Source of the DNA: Streptococcus parasanguinis | GTDB taxonomy: Bacteria > Bacillota > Bacilli > Lactobacillales > Streptococcaceae | Assembly: GCA_018379295.1 (NCBI GenBank) | Contig: JAGZVW010000003.1 | Span: forward strand, 6,111 to 70,110 | DNA: 64,000 nt | Direction of reading: 5' to 3' | Part shown: piece after piece, positions 40,261 to 50,552 of the stretch | How positions within the stretch are numbered: the first letter of the stretch is position 1 | Layout of the letters: each line of letters opens with the position of its first letter | Made by a program: the position numbers and the translations under genes | Notes under the pieces: model-generated | The model's database searches: none | What the model saw: only the letters and a program-made list of their open reading frames with translations | Told to the model about the DNA's origin: nothing

Positions 40261-41745
40261 TTATTTACGATACAAGCGATCGTATTGGTAGACAGGGTCC
40301 ATGGTGACGTTGATACCGAGCTTGCGAAGGACATTCTTGTCTTCGTCTGTCAGCATCACGGTTGAATGGGCTTCACTGCCTTTCAACTTGCCTAATTCTT
40401 GCATCGCAAGCTTAGCATCTTCGTTACTCATGGCCGTAATGGCTAGGGCAATGAGGATTTCGTTCGAGTGAAGACGAGGATTGCGGCTACCCAAATGATT
40501 GATCTTCAAGCCTTGGATAGGTTGGACGTATTCTGGCTCGATTAATTTGGTTTCTTTATCAATATGCGCCAATTTCTTGATCGCATTGATCAAGAGGGCT
40601 GCTGTTGGACCAAAGAGATCAGAGGTTTTTCCGGTTACCATCTCGCCGTTTGGCAATTCAAGGGCCAAGGCTGGCTCCCCTGTTTCTTCTTCTTTTTGGC
40701 GGGCAAGCACGGTCACTTTCCGGTCATTTGGAGTAATGCCTAAATCATTCATCAAGAGCTCAATCTTCTTGACAGCTCCTTCACCGACGCGTTCAGCTTT
40801 GACATCCAAAATGGTTTGGTAATAGCGACGGATGATTTCTTGTTGGGAAGCTTCAATCGCAGCGTCATTGTCCACAATGGCAAAGCCAACCATGTTAACG
40901 CCCATGTCTGTTGGAGAAGCGTAAGGGGAGGTTCCTAAGATGCGTTCCAACATGCGCTTCAAGACAGGGAAGATTTCGATATCGCGGTTGTAATTGACTG
41001 TTGTTTCCCCGTAGGTTTGGAGGTGGAAGGGATCGATCATATTGACATCGTCTAGATCTGCAGTCGCTGCTTCATAAGCCAAGTTGACTGGGTGGTGCAA
41101 AGGAAGATTCCATACCGGGAAGGTTTCAAACTTAGCATAACCTGATTTGATCCCATTTAATTGGTCATGGTACATATTGGACATACAAGTTGCCAGCTTA
41201 CCAGAACCAGGTCCAGGAGCCGTCACAACGACCAAATTTCGACTAGTTTTGATGTAATCATTTTTCCCCATCCCTTCAGGAGAGATGATGTGGTCCATAT
41301 CAGTCGGATAGCCCTTGATCGGATAGTGTAGATAAGAGGCGATCCCGCTCTTATCCAGTTGTTTGCGAAAGGCATCTGCTGCAGCTTGTCCAGCATATTG
41401 GGTGATGACGACAGAGCCTACAAAAATCCCCAATTCATTGAATTTGTCGATCAAACGCAGTACTTCTTGGTCATAAGAAATTCCTAGATCCCCACGGGCT
41501 TTTGAGTGCTCAATGTTATTGGCGTTGATGGCAATGACAATTTCCACCTGGTCGCGCAATTCTTGGAGCAGCTTGATCTTATTGTCTGGTTCGTATCCAG
41601 GGAGGACACGAGCAGCGTGGAAGTCTTCTAACATCTTACCACCAAATTCAAGGTAGAGCTTGCCATCGAATTGGTTGATCCGCTCAATAATGTGGTCACG
41701 TTGCAAGTTCAAATACTTTTCAGAACTAAAAGCTTGTTTTTTCAT
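40261..41745 (-). CDS. Conserved Firmicutes protein of unknown function (UPF0371/DUF1846-like by recollection)
   Basis: Trimmed to '[15 protein letters not shown]...' with RBS CAGGAG upstream. 494 aa. Confidence 0.6.
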   Translation of the reverse strand: MKKQAFSSEKYLNLQRDHIIERINQFDGKLYLEFGGKMLEDFHAARVLPGYEPDNKIKLLQELRDQVEIVIAINANNIEHSKARGDLGISYDQEVLRLIDKFNELGIFVGSVVITQYAGQAAADAFRKQLDKSGIASYLHYPIKGYPTDMDHIISPEGMGKNDYIKTSRNLVVVTAPGPGSGKLATCMSNMYHDQLNGIKSGYAKFETFPVWNLPLHHPVNLAYEAATADLDDVNMIDPFHLQTYGETTVNYNRDIEIFPVLKRMLERILGTSPYASPTDMGVNMVGFAIVDNDAAIEASQQEIIRRYYQTILDVKAERVGEGAVKKIELLMNDLGITPNDRKVTVLARQKEEETGEPALALELPNGEMVTGKTSDLFGPTAALLINAIKKLAHIDKETKLIEPEYVQPIQGLKINHLGSRNPRLHSNEILIALAITAMSNEDAKLAMQELGKLKGSEAHSTVMLTDEDKNVLRKLGINVTMDPVYQYDRLYRK

Positions 41746-41825
41746 GTAAAACTCCTGTATATAAGGGAAGGGTCTACCACACAAATCCAAGGATGAGTGT
41801 TCAGTTTCCTACCATTTCATTCTTT

Positions 41826-41956
41826 CATATTATATCAGAAAACAGATGGAAGATAAAATATTCTAAGATACTTTCCTAAGGGGAGTGTGGATGCCGAGGG
41901 GCTCAATGGTGACTCACGCTGGAAAGTTTCAAAGAGAACCTTGTTTTCCCCCTAAA
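41826..41956. repeat. BOX-like repeat element
   Basis: 'ctaagatactttcctaagg' and 'ggaaagtttc' modules are shared with the 7.0-kb and 40.0-kb elements. Confidence 0.5.
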
Positions 41957-41985
41957 AAAGCCCCTTACGGGGCTTCAGATCGATG
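41955..41985 (-). terminator. pepA terminator
   Basis: Reverse strand reads 'ctgaagccccgtaaggggctttttt'. Confidence 0.75.
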
Positions 41986-41989
41986 TTGT

Positions 41990-43054
41990 TTAATAGTGTT
42001 TGATCAAATCAACTGTAGAGCGATCCAATTTCTTAACCAATGCTTGTAAGAAGGCTTGCGCTTGTAAGAAATCATCCATGGCATAGAGGGTTTGGTGAGA
42101 GTGGATGTAACGTGCACAGACACCAATAGTGGTTGATGGGACTCCGCCGTTCTTCAAGTGTGCTGCACCTGCATCGGTACCACCTTTGGCACAATAGTAT
42201 TGGAATTTGATGCCCGCTTCTTCAGCCGTAGTGAGCAAGAAATCTTTCATATTTGGTAGCATGATGTGACCTGGATCATAGAAGCGAAGCAGTGTTCCTT
42301 CCCCAATCGCTCCTTGGTCTCCAAAGACATCGGCTGCTGGCGAACAGTCTACAGCAAGGAAGATTTCAGGATCAAATTTAGTGGTTGAAGTGTGGGCTCC
42401 ACGAAGTCCCACTTCTTCTTGAACGTTGGCCCCTACATACAGTTCATTGTTTAAGGCTTGTCCGGAAAGGCTCTTGGCCAATTCGCTGACCATCAAGACG
42501 CCGTAGCGGTTATCCCATGCTTTAGAGATGACGTTTTTACCATTAGCAGTAAGAATCGCAGAGCTGTCTGGGACCAAGGTATCTCCAGGACGGACTCCAT
42601 AGCTTTCAGCTTCGGCTTTAGAGCTAAAGCCTGCATCAAAGACGATGTCGCTAATGGCAGGTACGGTTGGTCCACCTGTTCCACGTGTCAAATGAGGAGG
42701 AACAGATCCTGAAATAGCAGGGTATTCACGTCCGTCACGTGTAAAGAGTTTGAAGCGTTGGCTGCTGACGACCATCGGGTTCCAACCTCCGATTGGGACA
42801 ACACGGAAAGTTCCGTCAGCTTTGATCTCGCTGATCATAAAACCAACTTCGTCCATGTGGGCAGCCACTAAGATACGAGGAGCATCGGCTGCCGTTGAGT
42901 GTTTGACCCCAAAGATCCCACCGAGACCATCTGTCACGATTTCGTCCACATGAGGGGTCAATTGTTGGCGCAAATAATCCCGTACAGGAGCTTCATGACC
43001 TGAGATAGCAGGGATTTCAGTTACTTCTTTGATTTTAGAAAATAAATCAGTCAT
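41990..43054 (-). CDS. pepA: M42-family glutamyl aminopeptidase
   Basis: 'ILVAAHMDEVGFMISEI' M42 motif; 354 aa. Confidence 0.85.
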   Translation of the reverse strand: MTDLFSKIKEVTEIPAISGHEAPVRDYLRQQLTPHVDEIVTDGLGGIFGVKHSTAADAPRILVAAHMDEVGFMISEIKADGTFRVVPIGGWNPMVVSSQRFKLFTRDGREYPAISGSVPPHLTRGTGGPTVPAISDIVFDAGFSSKAEAESYGVRPGDTLVPDSSAILTANGKNVISKAWDNRYGVLMVSELAKSLSGQALNNELYVGANVQEEVGLRGAHTSTTKFDPEIFLAVDCSPAADVFGDQGAIGEGTLLRFYDPGHIMLPNMKDFLLTTAEEAGIKFQYYCAKGGTDAGAAHLKNGGVPSTTIGVCARYIHSHQTLYAMDDFLQAQAFLQALVKKLDRSTVDLIKHY

Positions 43055-43197
43055 AGGTTACCTTCTTTCTGATGCTATTTTATCACTTTTTCTACAAGGA
43101 TGGTAGCGTTATTATGGAAATCAGTCCCAAAAAGCGGAGGGAGAGATCTAGCCTAGACCGTTGTCCCTCTGCTTATTTTGTGTTACAATAGGCACTA

Positions 43198-43487
43198 TGA
43201 AAGCTAAAAAAATTATTTTGTCTAGTCTGGCTGTAGCAAGTGCAGGAGCTCTTGCGGCCGGTGTTTATAAAATTGCCAAAGATCAAAAGCGTCTCCGTAC
43301 CCAAGAAGAGTTGGTAGCAGAAGTACGGGAGCAAATGGAAGCCATGGGGACGATTGCGACTCTGTATGTGGAACTCTACGAGTCTAGTGAAGAGCGCTTA
43401 GTAGGAGGCGTCATTTTTGAAGATGAGCGCCATTACCGCTTTGTCTATGAGGACGGTCTCTTGCATTACGAAGAGGAAAAATTATGA
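43198..43487 (+). CDS. Small membrane-anchored acidic protein of unknown function
   Basis: N-terminal TM 'IILSSLAVASAGALAAGV'. It is translationally coupled (ATGA) to the thioredoxin-like gene. Confidence 0.55.
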
Positions 43488-43801
43488 TTACACCAAATTC
43501 TCTAGAAGAAATTGCTTCATACGTAGAGCAAGATGGCAAGAAAGTCTTTGTCTTTTCAGCCGACTGGTGTGGGGATTGTCGTTACCTCAAGCCTTTTTTG
43601 CCGGAGATTGAAGCTGAAAATCCCGAATTTACCTTTATCTTGATTGACAGAGATGCCTATATGGATCTGGCGAAAGTCTGGGATGTTTATGGGATCCCAA
43701 GTTTGGTGGTTCTGGAAAAGGATAAGGAAATCGGTCGGTTTGTCAATCGGGATCGGAAAACCAAAGCGCAGATTACAGCATTCTTAGCAGGATTAAAATA
43801 G
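43484..43801 (+). CDS. Thioredoxin-like protein (YtpP-like)
   Basis: 'WCGDC' active site; 105 aa. Confidence 0.8.
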   Translation: MITPNSLEEIASYVEQDGKKVFVFSADWCGDCRYLKPFLPEIEAENPEFTFILIDRDAYMDLAKVWDVYGIPSLVVLEKDKEIGRFVNRDRKTKAQITAFLAGLK

Positions 43802-43810
43802 GAGAAAAAC

Positions 43811-44437
43811 ATGATTGTAACATACAACAAAGAACAAGTCGGCGATGTATTGATGCTGACCTTGAAAAATAGTGGGGAAGCAAAGCTCGCGGTGGAGAGA
43901 AAAGGGAAAGTGGCTCGCGTTTACCGTGAGGACAACCAAGAAACCGTTGCCTGGAATATCTTTGATGCCTCATCTTTCTTCGCCATCGAAGGCAAGGGCC
44001 AAGTCTTTTTGACAGATGAGCAAGTAGCTCGTTTGAACCAAGAATTGGAAAGAGAAGGCTTCGCAGAACGTTTGGTCAACGATCGGGAACCAAAATTTGT
44101 GGTGGGAGAAATCCTTGAAATGGTGGCCCATCCAGATAGTGACCACTTGAATATCTGCCAGGTAGCAGTTGGACCAGATAAGACGGTTCAGATCGTAGCT
44201 GGAGCTCCAAATGCGCGGGTGGGTCTCAAGACCATTGTCGCTCTTCCAGGTGCCATGATGCCGGATGGTAGCTTGATTTTCCCAGGTGCCCTTCGTGGAG
44301 AAAAAAGCTATGGCATGATGTGCAGTCCGCGTGAATTGCACTTGCCAAATGCTCCTCAAAAACGAGGCATTATTGAATTGGATGACGCAGAAGTAGCAGG
44401 GACACCTTTTGATCCTGCTCGTCACTGGCATGAATAA
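43811..44437 (+). CDS. tRNA-binding domain protein (YtpR/CsaA-like)
   Basis: C-terminal tRNA_bind OB-fold 'VGEILEMVAHPDSDHLNICQV'. Confidence 0.7.
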   Translation: MIVTYNKEQVGDVLMLTLKNSGEAKLAVERKGKVARVYREDNQETVAWNIFDASSFFAIEGKGQVFLTDEQVARLNQELEREGFAERLVNDREPKFVVGEILEMVAHPDSDHLNICQVAVGPDKTVQIVAGAPNARVGLKTIVALPGAMMPDGSLIFPGALRGEKSYGMMCSPRELHLPNAPQKRGIIELDDAEVAGTPFDPARHWHE

Positions 44438-44444
44438 AGAGAAG

Positions 44445-44477
44445 AATCTAGGATGTTTTGAATCCTAGATTTTTTTG
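44445..44477 (+). terminator. Terminator after the ytpR-like gene
   Basis: 'gaatctaggatgttttgaatcctagattttttt'. Confidence 0.75.
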
Positions 44478-44504
44478 ATTTTGGTTTGTCACCCCCATTT
44501 TTTG

Positions 44505-44519
44505 AAATTTTTTCGAATA
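44505..44519 (+). promoter_or_regulatory. ComX-box variant (T-tract plus TTCGAATA) upstream of ssbB
   Basis: 'aaattttttcgaataa' lies 17 nt upstream of the ssbB ATG. Confidence 0.6.
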
Positions 44520-44535
44520 AATAGATAGGAGGTAA

Positions 44536-44934
44536 ATGATGTATAATAAAGTTATTTTAATCGGTCGCCTGGTGGCGGCCCCAGAATTGCATAAAACCAG
44601 CACAGACAAATCCGTTGCCCGAGTGACCGTTGCGGTCAATCGTCGCTACAAGGATCAAAACGGGGAGCGAGAGACTGATTTTGTCAATGTCGTTGTCTGG
44701 GGGAAATTGGCTGAAACCATGGCTAGTTATGCCAGCAAAGGGAGTTTGATCTCTTTGGATGGAGAGATTCGGACGCGCCGCTACGAGAAAAATGGCATCA
44801 TGCAGTATGTGACAGAGGTCCTCTGCCAAAGTTTTCAGTTATTAGAGAGCCGCGCTCAGCGAGCGATGCGTGAAAATGGTGGAACGGGAGATTTAGCCGA
44901 CATCATTTTAGAGGAGGAAGATCTTCCTTTTTAG
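44536..44934 (+). CDS. ssbB: Competence-induced single-stranded DNA-binding protein SsbB
   Basis: 132 aa, near-identical in pattern to pneumococcal SsbB ('MYNKVI.IGRL...ESRAQRAMREN'). It lacks the long Gly-rich tail of SsbA. Confidence 0.9.
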   Translation: MMYNKVILIGRLVAAPELHKTSTDKSVARVTVAVNRRYKDQNGERETDFVNVVVWGKLAETMASYASKGSLISLDGEIRTRRYEKNGIMQYVTEVLCQSFQLLESRAQRAMRENGGTGDLADIILEEEDLPF

Positions 44935-44944
44935 AAACAAAAAA

Positions 44945-44980
44945 AGAAAAGCTGGTTCGTTTATAGACCAGCTTTTTTTG
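44945..44980 (+). terminator. ssbB terminator
   Basis: 'aaaagctggttcgtttatagaccagctttttttg'. Confidence 0.75.
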
Positions 44981-45125
44981 ATACTTGGTAGGGATTTCAT
45001 TCGGGAACAAGTCTTTTAAAAATAAATCAAAAATATGCATCTGTACAATAAAAGCCAGCACTTTTCTTGAAAAAGTAGTAAAATAAAGTAATATATATTC
45101 AAAATTTTCAGAAAAGGAACGGAGT

Positions 45126-46109
45126 TTGAAGGGGAAAGAAGAAAGAAAAGAACGGTTGAAATGGCTGATAAAACGGGTTTTACTGGTGATTCCAGTGGCT
45201 TGCATCCTCTTGTGGATCTATGCCGTTTGTCAAACCAGTAGCATCAAGGATCAGACCAAGATCGGTGTCACCTATATGACCATGAACAATGAGTTCTATA
45301 AAAGTATTCATTCGGAAATTAGTCGAATTGCCGATGAGAGAGGTGCTCTTGTATCTGTTCGAGATCCGGAATTGGATGAAAAAAGGCAGAGCCAGCAGAT
45401 CGATGATTTTTGCGCCCAAAAAGTAAATGTGATTGTGATTAATCCGGTCAAAGGGGATAGTCAGCCCATTTTAAGGGCTCTTAAAAAAGCTAGAAAACAA
45501 GGAATTAAGATCATTGCAGTTGATACCCAGCTCAAGCATTTTAAGCCGGATGCCAGCATTGTCTCCGACAACTACCAAGCAGGAGTCTTGATTGCGAAAG
45601 AGCTGATGAAACGCTCTTCAAATGCTCAGATCCTTCTCTTGGAGCACAAAGGGACTGTTTCAGCAGATACGCGGATTCAGGGATTTAAGGATACCATCAA
45701 AGGACATGGGTCATATGAGATTATCTCGGAACTAGAAACCAAGGGTCAGACGGAGATCGCCATGCCAGCTGTCCGTAAGTTCTTGCAGTCAGGGGGGAAT
45801 GTCGATACACTAGTTGCCCTAAATGACCGCTCGGCTATAGGAGCTTTAGCAGCGATCAAGGAGCAAGGAATCACCCATCCCATTGCGATTTATGGGATCG
45901 ATGGCTCACCAGATATGAAAGCCTTGCTGCACTCGACAGATGATGTTGTAGGAACCGTTGCCCAGTCTCCGTTGAAGATGGGAGACCGCGTAATGGAGGT
46001 CATCCAAGATATGACGGCTGGGAAAAGCTACCAAAAAGAGATAACCATTCCGGTTCAAATGATGACAAAGGAAAACATCGATCACTTTGATGTGAATGGG
46101 TGGCAGTAA
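45126..46109 (+). CDS. Membrane-anchored periplasmic-binding-protein fold (Peripla_BP_4, ribose/LacI-type) sensor partner
   Basis: TTG start. One N-terminal TM, then a type-I PBP fold ('IGVTYMTMNNEFY...VDTLVALNDRSAIGA'). Confidence 0.7.
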   Translation: MKGKEERKERLKWLIKRVLLVIPVACILLWIYAVCQTSSIKDQTKIGVTYMTMNNEFYKSIHSEISRIADERGALVSVRDPELDEKRQSQQIDDFCAQKVNVIVINPVKGDSQPILRALKKARKQGIKIIAVDTQLKHFKPDASIVSDNYQAGVLIAKELMKRSSNAQILLLEHKGTVSADTRIQGFKDTIKGHGSYEIISELETKGQTEIAMPAVRKFLQSGGNVDTLVALNDRSAIGALAAIKEQGITHPIAIYGIDGSPDMKALLHSTDDVVGTVAQSPLKMGDRVMEVIQDMTAGKSYQKEITIPVQMMTKENIDHFDVNGWQ

Positions 46110-47425
46110 TGAGAAAATTTAGAGGTGTGAGATACAGTTTGGCCATCCTGATGGTCGTAAATTTTATCGCTGTGATGCTCAACAGTATCATCTATCTTCA
46201 AGCAACCAACTATATTATTGCCCAACGGCAAGCTTCTCTATTAGTAGAACGCTTAGAGCGTATTCCTTTTGCGCCCTCTACAACTTTTTGGTTGTCTGCG
46301 CTCTTATTTGCTGGGATTGCCTTGATCTCCATGAGTCGTTACCGGTCTCAAACGAGTCGATGGTCCATTTTTGATAAGTGGAACATTATGGAGATCCTCC
46401 TGATGTTGCTCTTGATGTGGGTCCAAAATGTAGCTTATAACGGGCTTATTCTATTGGTTTTTGCGGATATCTTCTATGGTTCCAAAGAGTTGAATACCAA
46501 GCGAGACCGCAAGTATTGGTTTGCGTTTATCCTAGTGAGTTTCTTGATTCTCCTTGTGACCAATTCAGACGTCTTTTCGCTTTTCTTTCCGATACCTTCT
46601 CTTGATGTCTATATTCATTTTTATCCTGCCTCCATTCGGATTCTGGCCTTTTTCTTGAAGAATTCCCTCTATGCCTTGAATATGGTGCTCTTCATTATTT
46701 CGCTTTTGTTCTATATTATGAATGTTCTTGCGGAAAACCACGAAGTAGAAGAAGAGTTGGCCATGGTTTCGAAGGTCAATACGGAGTTGAACAACTATAT
46801 GGCCTTGTCTGAGAAGATTGCAGAGGATCGGGAGCGCAAGCGGATTGCTCGGGAAATTCACGATACCTTGGGGCATGCGCTAACAGGGATCTCAGCAGGT
46901 TTAGATGCTGTCGGAGTCTTGATTGATATCGATCCCAATCGGGCAAAAGAGCAGGTGAAAAGTGTATCAGAAGTGGTTCGTGAAGGAATCCAGGATGTGA
47001 GAGGCTCTCTCAACCGCCTCCGTCCAGGTGCCCTTGAGGGACGAACCCTCAAAGATGCTTTAGAAAAGATGATCCGCGAGTACCAGACGCTTTCCAAGTT
47101 GCAGGTTGATTTACACTATGAATGGGTCGATGTCGATATGGACGTCATGATTGAAGATACGATCTTTCGTGTGATCCAGGAGTCTATGACCAATGCGGTT
47201 CGTCACGGTCATGCCAGTCAGATGAGCCTTCATTTTTTTGAGAATGAAGAAGATTACCTGATCGAGTTGCAGGACAATGGGGTTGGGTTTGAAACCTTGA
47301 CCTATGGCTATGGGCTCAAGCAGATGATGGAGCGCATTTCCATCCTAGGAGGACAGCTTCAATTTGAAAGTCGCGATGGATTTTTCACGCGCGTCAGTTT
47401 ACCGAAATATAAAGAAGGGAGATAG
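46109..47425 (+). CDS. Sensor histidine kinase, HisKA_3 type with a 6-TM N-terminal domain
   Basis: TAATGA overlap with the upstream gene. 'RIAREIHDTLGHAL' H-box and a C-terminal HATPase. Confidence 0.85.
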   Translation: MRKFRGVRYSLAILMVVNFIAVMLNSIIYLQATNYIIAQRQASLLVERLERIPFAPSTTFWLSALLFAGIALISMSRYRSQTSRWSIFDKWNIMEILLMLLLMWVQNVAYNGLILLVFADIFYGSKELNTKRDRKYWFAFILVSFLILLVTNSDVFSLFFPIPSLDVYIHFYPASIRILAFFLKNSLYALNMVLFIISLLFYIMNVLAENHEVEEELAMVSKVNTELNNYMALSEKIAEDRERKRIAREIHDTLGHALTGISAGLDAVGVLIDIDPNRAKEQVKSVSEVVREGIQDVRGSLNRLRPGALEGRTLKDALEKMIREYQTLSKLQVDLHYEWVDVDMDVMIEDTIFRVIQESMTNAVRHGHASQMSLHFFENEEDYLIELQDNGVGFETLTYGYGLKQMMERISILGGQLQFESRDGFFTRVSLPKYKEGR

Positions 47426-47427
47426 AG

Positions 47428-48114
47428 ATGGTGATAAAAGTAATGGTGGCAGATGACCAGGCCTTGATTCGAGAATCTCTGAAAATTATTTTGTCAGCCC
47501 ACCCCGATATCGAAGTGGTGGCCACAGTGGAAGATGGGAATCACGTCTTGTCGAGCATTCCACAGACACATCCTGACCTGATCTTAATGGATATTCGGAT
47601 GCCAGGCATGGATGGGGTTTTGGCGACAAAAGAGGTAAAAGAGCACTATCCGGATATCAAAATTATTATTTTAACGACCTTTGATGATGATGAATTTATC
47701 TATAGTGCACTCAAGTATGGTGCTTCAGGTTATCTTTTAAAGGGAGCCTCGACAGAGGAACTCTATGAAGCGATTAAGGTGGTGTATCAAGGCGGAGCCA
47801 TGATCAACCCGAATATCGCTAGTAAAGTCTTTCAAATTTTCTCACAAATGGCCAAAACCAACTTCTCTATTGCTGTAGATGAGGACAATGTCAAGGATTT
47901 GAGCACGACGGAATGGCGCATTATCCAAGAAGTCGGCTATGGGGAGTCCAATAAAGAAATTGCGGCCAAACTCTTCTTGTCAGAAGGAACCGTGCGCAAT
48001 TACTTATCAACGATTTTGGCGAAATTAAACCTACGAGATCGAACGCAATTAGCGATCTGGTCAGTCCAAACAGGAGTGACGAGACGTGATTTTTCTAAAG
48101 GAAATACAGAATGA
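47428..48114 (+). CDS. NarL/LuxR-family response regulator
   Basis: Receiver 'KVMVADDQALIRESL...LMDIRMPGMDG' and LuxR HTH 'EIAAKLFLSEGTVRNYLSTILAKL'. Confidence 0.9.
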   Translation: MVIKVMVADDQALIRESLKIILSAHPDIEVVATVEDGNHVLSSIPQTHPDLILMDIRMPGMDGVLATKEVKEHYPDIKIIILTTFDDDEFIYSALKYGASGYLLKGASTEELYEAIKVVYQGGAMINPNIASKVFQIFSQMAKTNFSIAVDEDNVKDLSTTEWRIIQEVGYGESNKEIAAKLFLSEGTVRNYLSTILAKLNLRDRTQLAIWSVQTGVTRRDFSKGNTE

Positions 48115-49409
48115 AATTGAAGCGAAAGCATCTTTGTTGGGGGATTGGCCTCCTTGTTGTGCTCTGTGCGAGCGCAGGTTTTTATTGGTGGAAACAGCAA
48201 CCGACCGTACTCCATATCGGTGTTTATGCAGGTTCTAGCTGGGATGTGCCGACCAGTCAACGTTCCCATGCCTTGGATCGAGCGATTCAAAAATTTGAAA
48301 AATCCCATCCCCACGTCCGTGTAGAGTATGAAAACGGGATTCCGCAGTCAGATTATTCAGACTGGCTCTCTGAAAAGATTGTCTCAGGAAAGACGCCAGA
48401 TGTGTTTATGGTCTCTGAGCAAGATCTTTCTTTATTAGCAGCGCGGGGGGTGCTAGAAAAGTTAAACGGCTATATGGATCGAAAAGACCAAGCTGCCTTT
48501 TATCCCGTTGCCTTTGAATCGGGTGTCTATCAGGGGCAAACCTATGCCTTACCTTATGAAAGCAATCCGATTTTGATGTGTGTCAATAAAGATCTCTTAG
48601 ATAAAGAAGGTATCGCGGTTCCCAAAGAAGGCTGGACCCTTGAAGAGTTCTATACGATTTGCAAGAAACTAACCAAAGATACCAATGGGGATGGGCAATT
48701 GGACCAATTTGGGAGCACAGAATACACCTGGAAAGAAGCCTTGGCGGCAAATGGAGGTCATCTTTTCCAAGGAGGCATGCTCAAGCTGACAGCTCCAGAA
48801 GTGAAAGAGTCTTTGACTTTTCTGCAAAAATTGGAAGATCTAAATAAAAATTACAAGGTGAGCTCTAAAGATTTTGACCAGGGGAAAGTCGCCTTCTATC
48901 CCATGACCTTGGCCCAATATCGGACCTATAAACCTTATCCCTACCACGTTTCAAAATATTCAAACTTCACCTGGACCTGTATCCCGATGCCTGCTAAGTC
49001 AAAAACGACCAAGGCAACCTTAGTCACGACGACTTCTTTTGCTATGTCAGCTCGGAGTTCTCATTCCAAGTTGGCTTGGGAATTGATGCAACTTTTGACA
49101 GAGGATCCAGACATTCAACAAACTCTCTTTGCCCAATCCCAAGGGATCTCTGTCATGCCACAGGTAGTCAAGAGTCGCTCTAGTAAAGACCTTTTGCAGG
49201 TGGATGATTTTGGAACAGATTCCTTGACCAATCAGACCTTGAACCGCATCATGGAACAAGCTGTTGAAAGTAGTCCGAAAAATGTCTCAAAAGAGGTGCT
49301 AGAAAAGCTAGATTACTTGATTGGCAATGCCTTGCGTGATCAGGATGTCGAGAACCGCTTGCCTCAAATTCAGAGGGAGATTGAAAGTAGTCTACAGGTA
49401 GGAGTTTAG
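48111..49409 (+). CDS. Extracellular solute-binding protein (SBP family 1)
   Basis: ATGA overlap with the RR. N-terminal TM/signal. 432 aa. Confidence 0.7.
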   Translation: MKLKRKHLCWGIGLLVVLCASAGFYWWKQQPTVLHIGVYAGSSWDVPTSQRSHALDRAIQKFEKSHPHVRVEYENGIPQSDYSDWLSEKIVSGKTPDVFMVSEQDLSLLAARGVLEKLNGYMDRKDQAAFYPVAFESGVYQGQTYALPYESNPILMCVNKDLLDKEGIAVPKEGWTLEEFYTICKKLTKDTNGDGQLDQFGSTEYTWKEALAANGGHLFQGGMLKLTAPEVKESLTFLQKLEDLNKNYKVSSKDFDQGKVAFYPMTLAQYRTYKPYPYHVSKYSNFTWTCIPMPAKSKTTKATLVTTTSFAMSARSSHSKLAWELMQLLTEDPDIQQTLFAQSQGISVMPQVVKSRSSKDLLQVDDFGTDSLTNQTLNRIMEQAVESSPKNVSKEVLEKLDYLIGNALRDQDVENRLPQIQREIESSLQVGV

Positions 49410-49493
49410 AGTAAAATAAGATGGCATTTTGTCAAGTGACAGATGTCATTTTTTTATTGCTAAATGTCATATTGGGAATGTGACATTTGACAA

Positions 49494-49509
49494 TGTAAAA
49501 GCGCTTTCA
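49494..49509 (+). promoter_or_regulatory. cre-like palindrome (candidate CcpA site) in the PTS promoter region
   Basis: 'TGTAAAAGCGCTTTCA' with a perfect AAAGCGCTTT core. It is flanked by TTGACA (49487) and TACAAT (49517). Confidence 0.5.
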
Positions 49510-49549
49510 AATAGTCTACAATAGAGTCAAATAAAGGAGGCGTAGCAAA

Positions 49550-49987
49550 ATGAAATACCTCATTTTGGTCAGTCATGGTGGACTGGCAGAAGGTCTAAAA
49601 ACATCACTAGCCATGTTTGCTGGTGACAAGTTGGATCAGGTCATCGCAGTTGGACTCAAAGAAGGAAAATCAGTTGATGACTTCGCAGTTGATTTCAGAG
49701 AGAGCATTTCAGGATTGACAGCTGATGATTCTGTTTTGGTCTTGGCAGATATCGTAGGTGGTAGTCCATTAACCACTGCAGCCACGGTTCTAGAAGAAGC
49801 TGGAAAGCTCGATGGAGCCTTGATCCTTGGTGGGATGAACCTTACCATGGCCTTGACGGCAGTTGTGATGAAGGATGTGTTGGATGGAGACGATTTGTCA
49901 GCCACCATCTTATCAGAAGCACGATCTGCACTACAGCCTTTTGAAATTTCAGCCGCTGGTGCTGAAGAAGATGATGACGATATTTAA
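49550..49987 (+). CDS. PTS mannose-family EIIA component
   Basis: 'MKYLILVSHGGLAEGL', 145 aa. Confidence 0.85.
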   Translation: MKYLILVSHGGLAEGLKTSLAMFAGDKLDQVIAVGLKEGKSVDDFAVDFRESISGLTADDSVLVLADIVGGSPLTTAATVLEEAGKLDGALILGGMNLTMALTAVVMKDVLDGDDLSATILSEARSALQPFEISAAGAEEDDDDI

Positions 49988-50001
49988 TAGGGAGGTACCT
50001 T

Positions 50002-50496
50002 ATGGTAGTAACATTTGTACGGATTGATGACCGCATGATTCACGGTCAGACAGTCACACGCTGGGCAAAAGAAAAACCATGTGATGGTTTGATTGCCGTA
50101 AACGATGCAGCAGCATCAAACAAGGTTTTGATTCAAGCTTACAAAGGCGCATCAGACAAGAAAACCTTTGTATGGACAAAGGAAGCCTTTAAAGAAAAAT
50201 CAGCAAAAGTAACAGAATCAGATAGTCGTTACTTCTTGATCACCAAAAATCCAATCGATATGAAGGAAATTTTGGTCGACCAAGGGTTTGTCCCAGGTGA
50301 TGTCAAAGAAATCATTGTTGGCCCTGCAAATGATCGTCCTGGAGCTGTGAAATTGGGAAATAACCAATCCATCACTCAGGAAGAAGCAGAAGCCTTCCAA
50401 GCTATTCAAGCAGCAGGCTACAAGGTGAAATTCCAATTGTTGCCAGATGTTTCCATCGGTTATTGGGATGATTTCAAATCAAAATTTGGTTTTTAG
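50002..50496 (+). CDS. PTS mannose-family EIIB component
   Basis: 'VRIDDRMIHGQ' phospho-His motif. Confidence 0.85.
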   Translation: MVVTFVRIDDRMIHGQTVTRWAKEKPCDGLIAVNDAAASNKVLIQAYKGASDKKTFVWTKEAFKEKSAKVTESDSRYFLITKNPIDMKEILVDQGFVPGDVKEIIVGPANDRPGAVKLGNNQSITQEEAEAFQAIQAAGYKVKFQLLPDVSIGYWDDFKSKFGF

Positions 50497-50552
50497 AACT
50501 AACAGTCTGATCTGTTAGGTAAATAAATTTACAAACAAAAGGAGCGTTTGTT

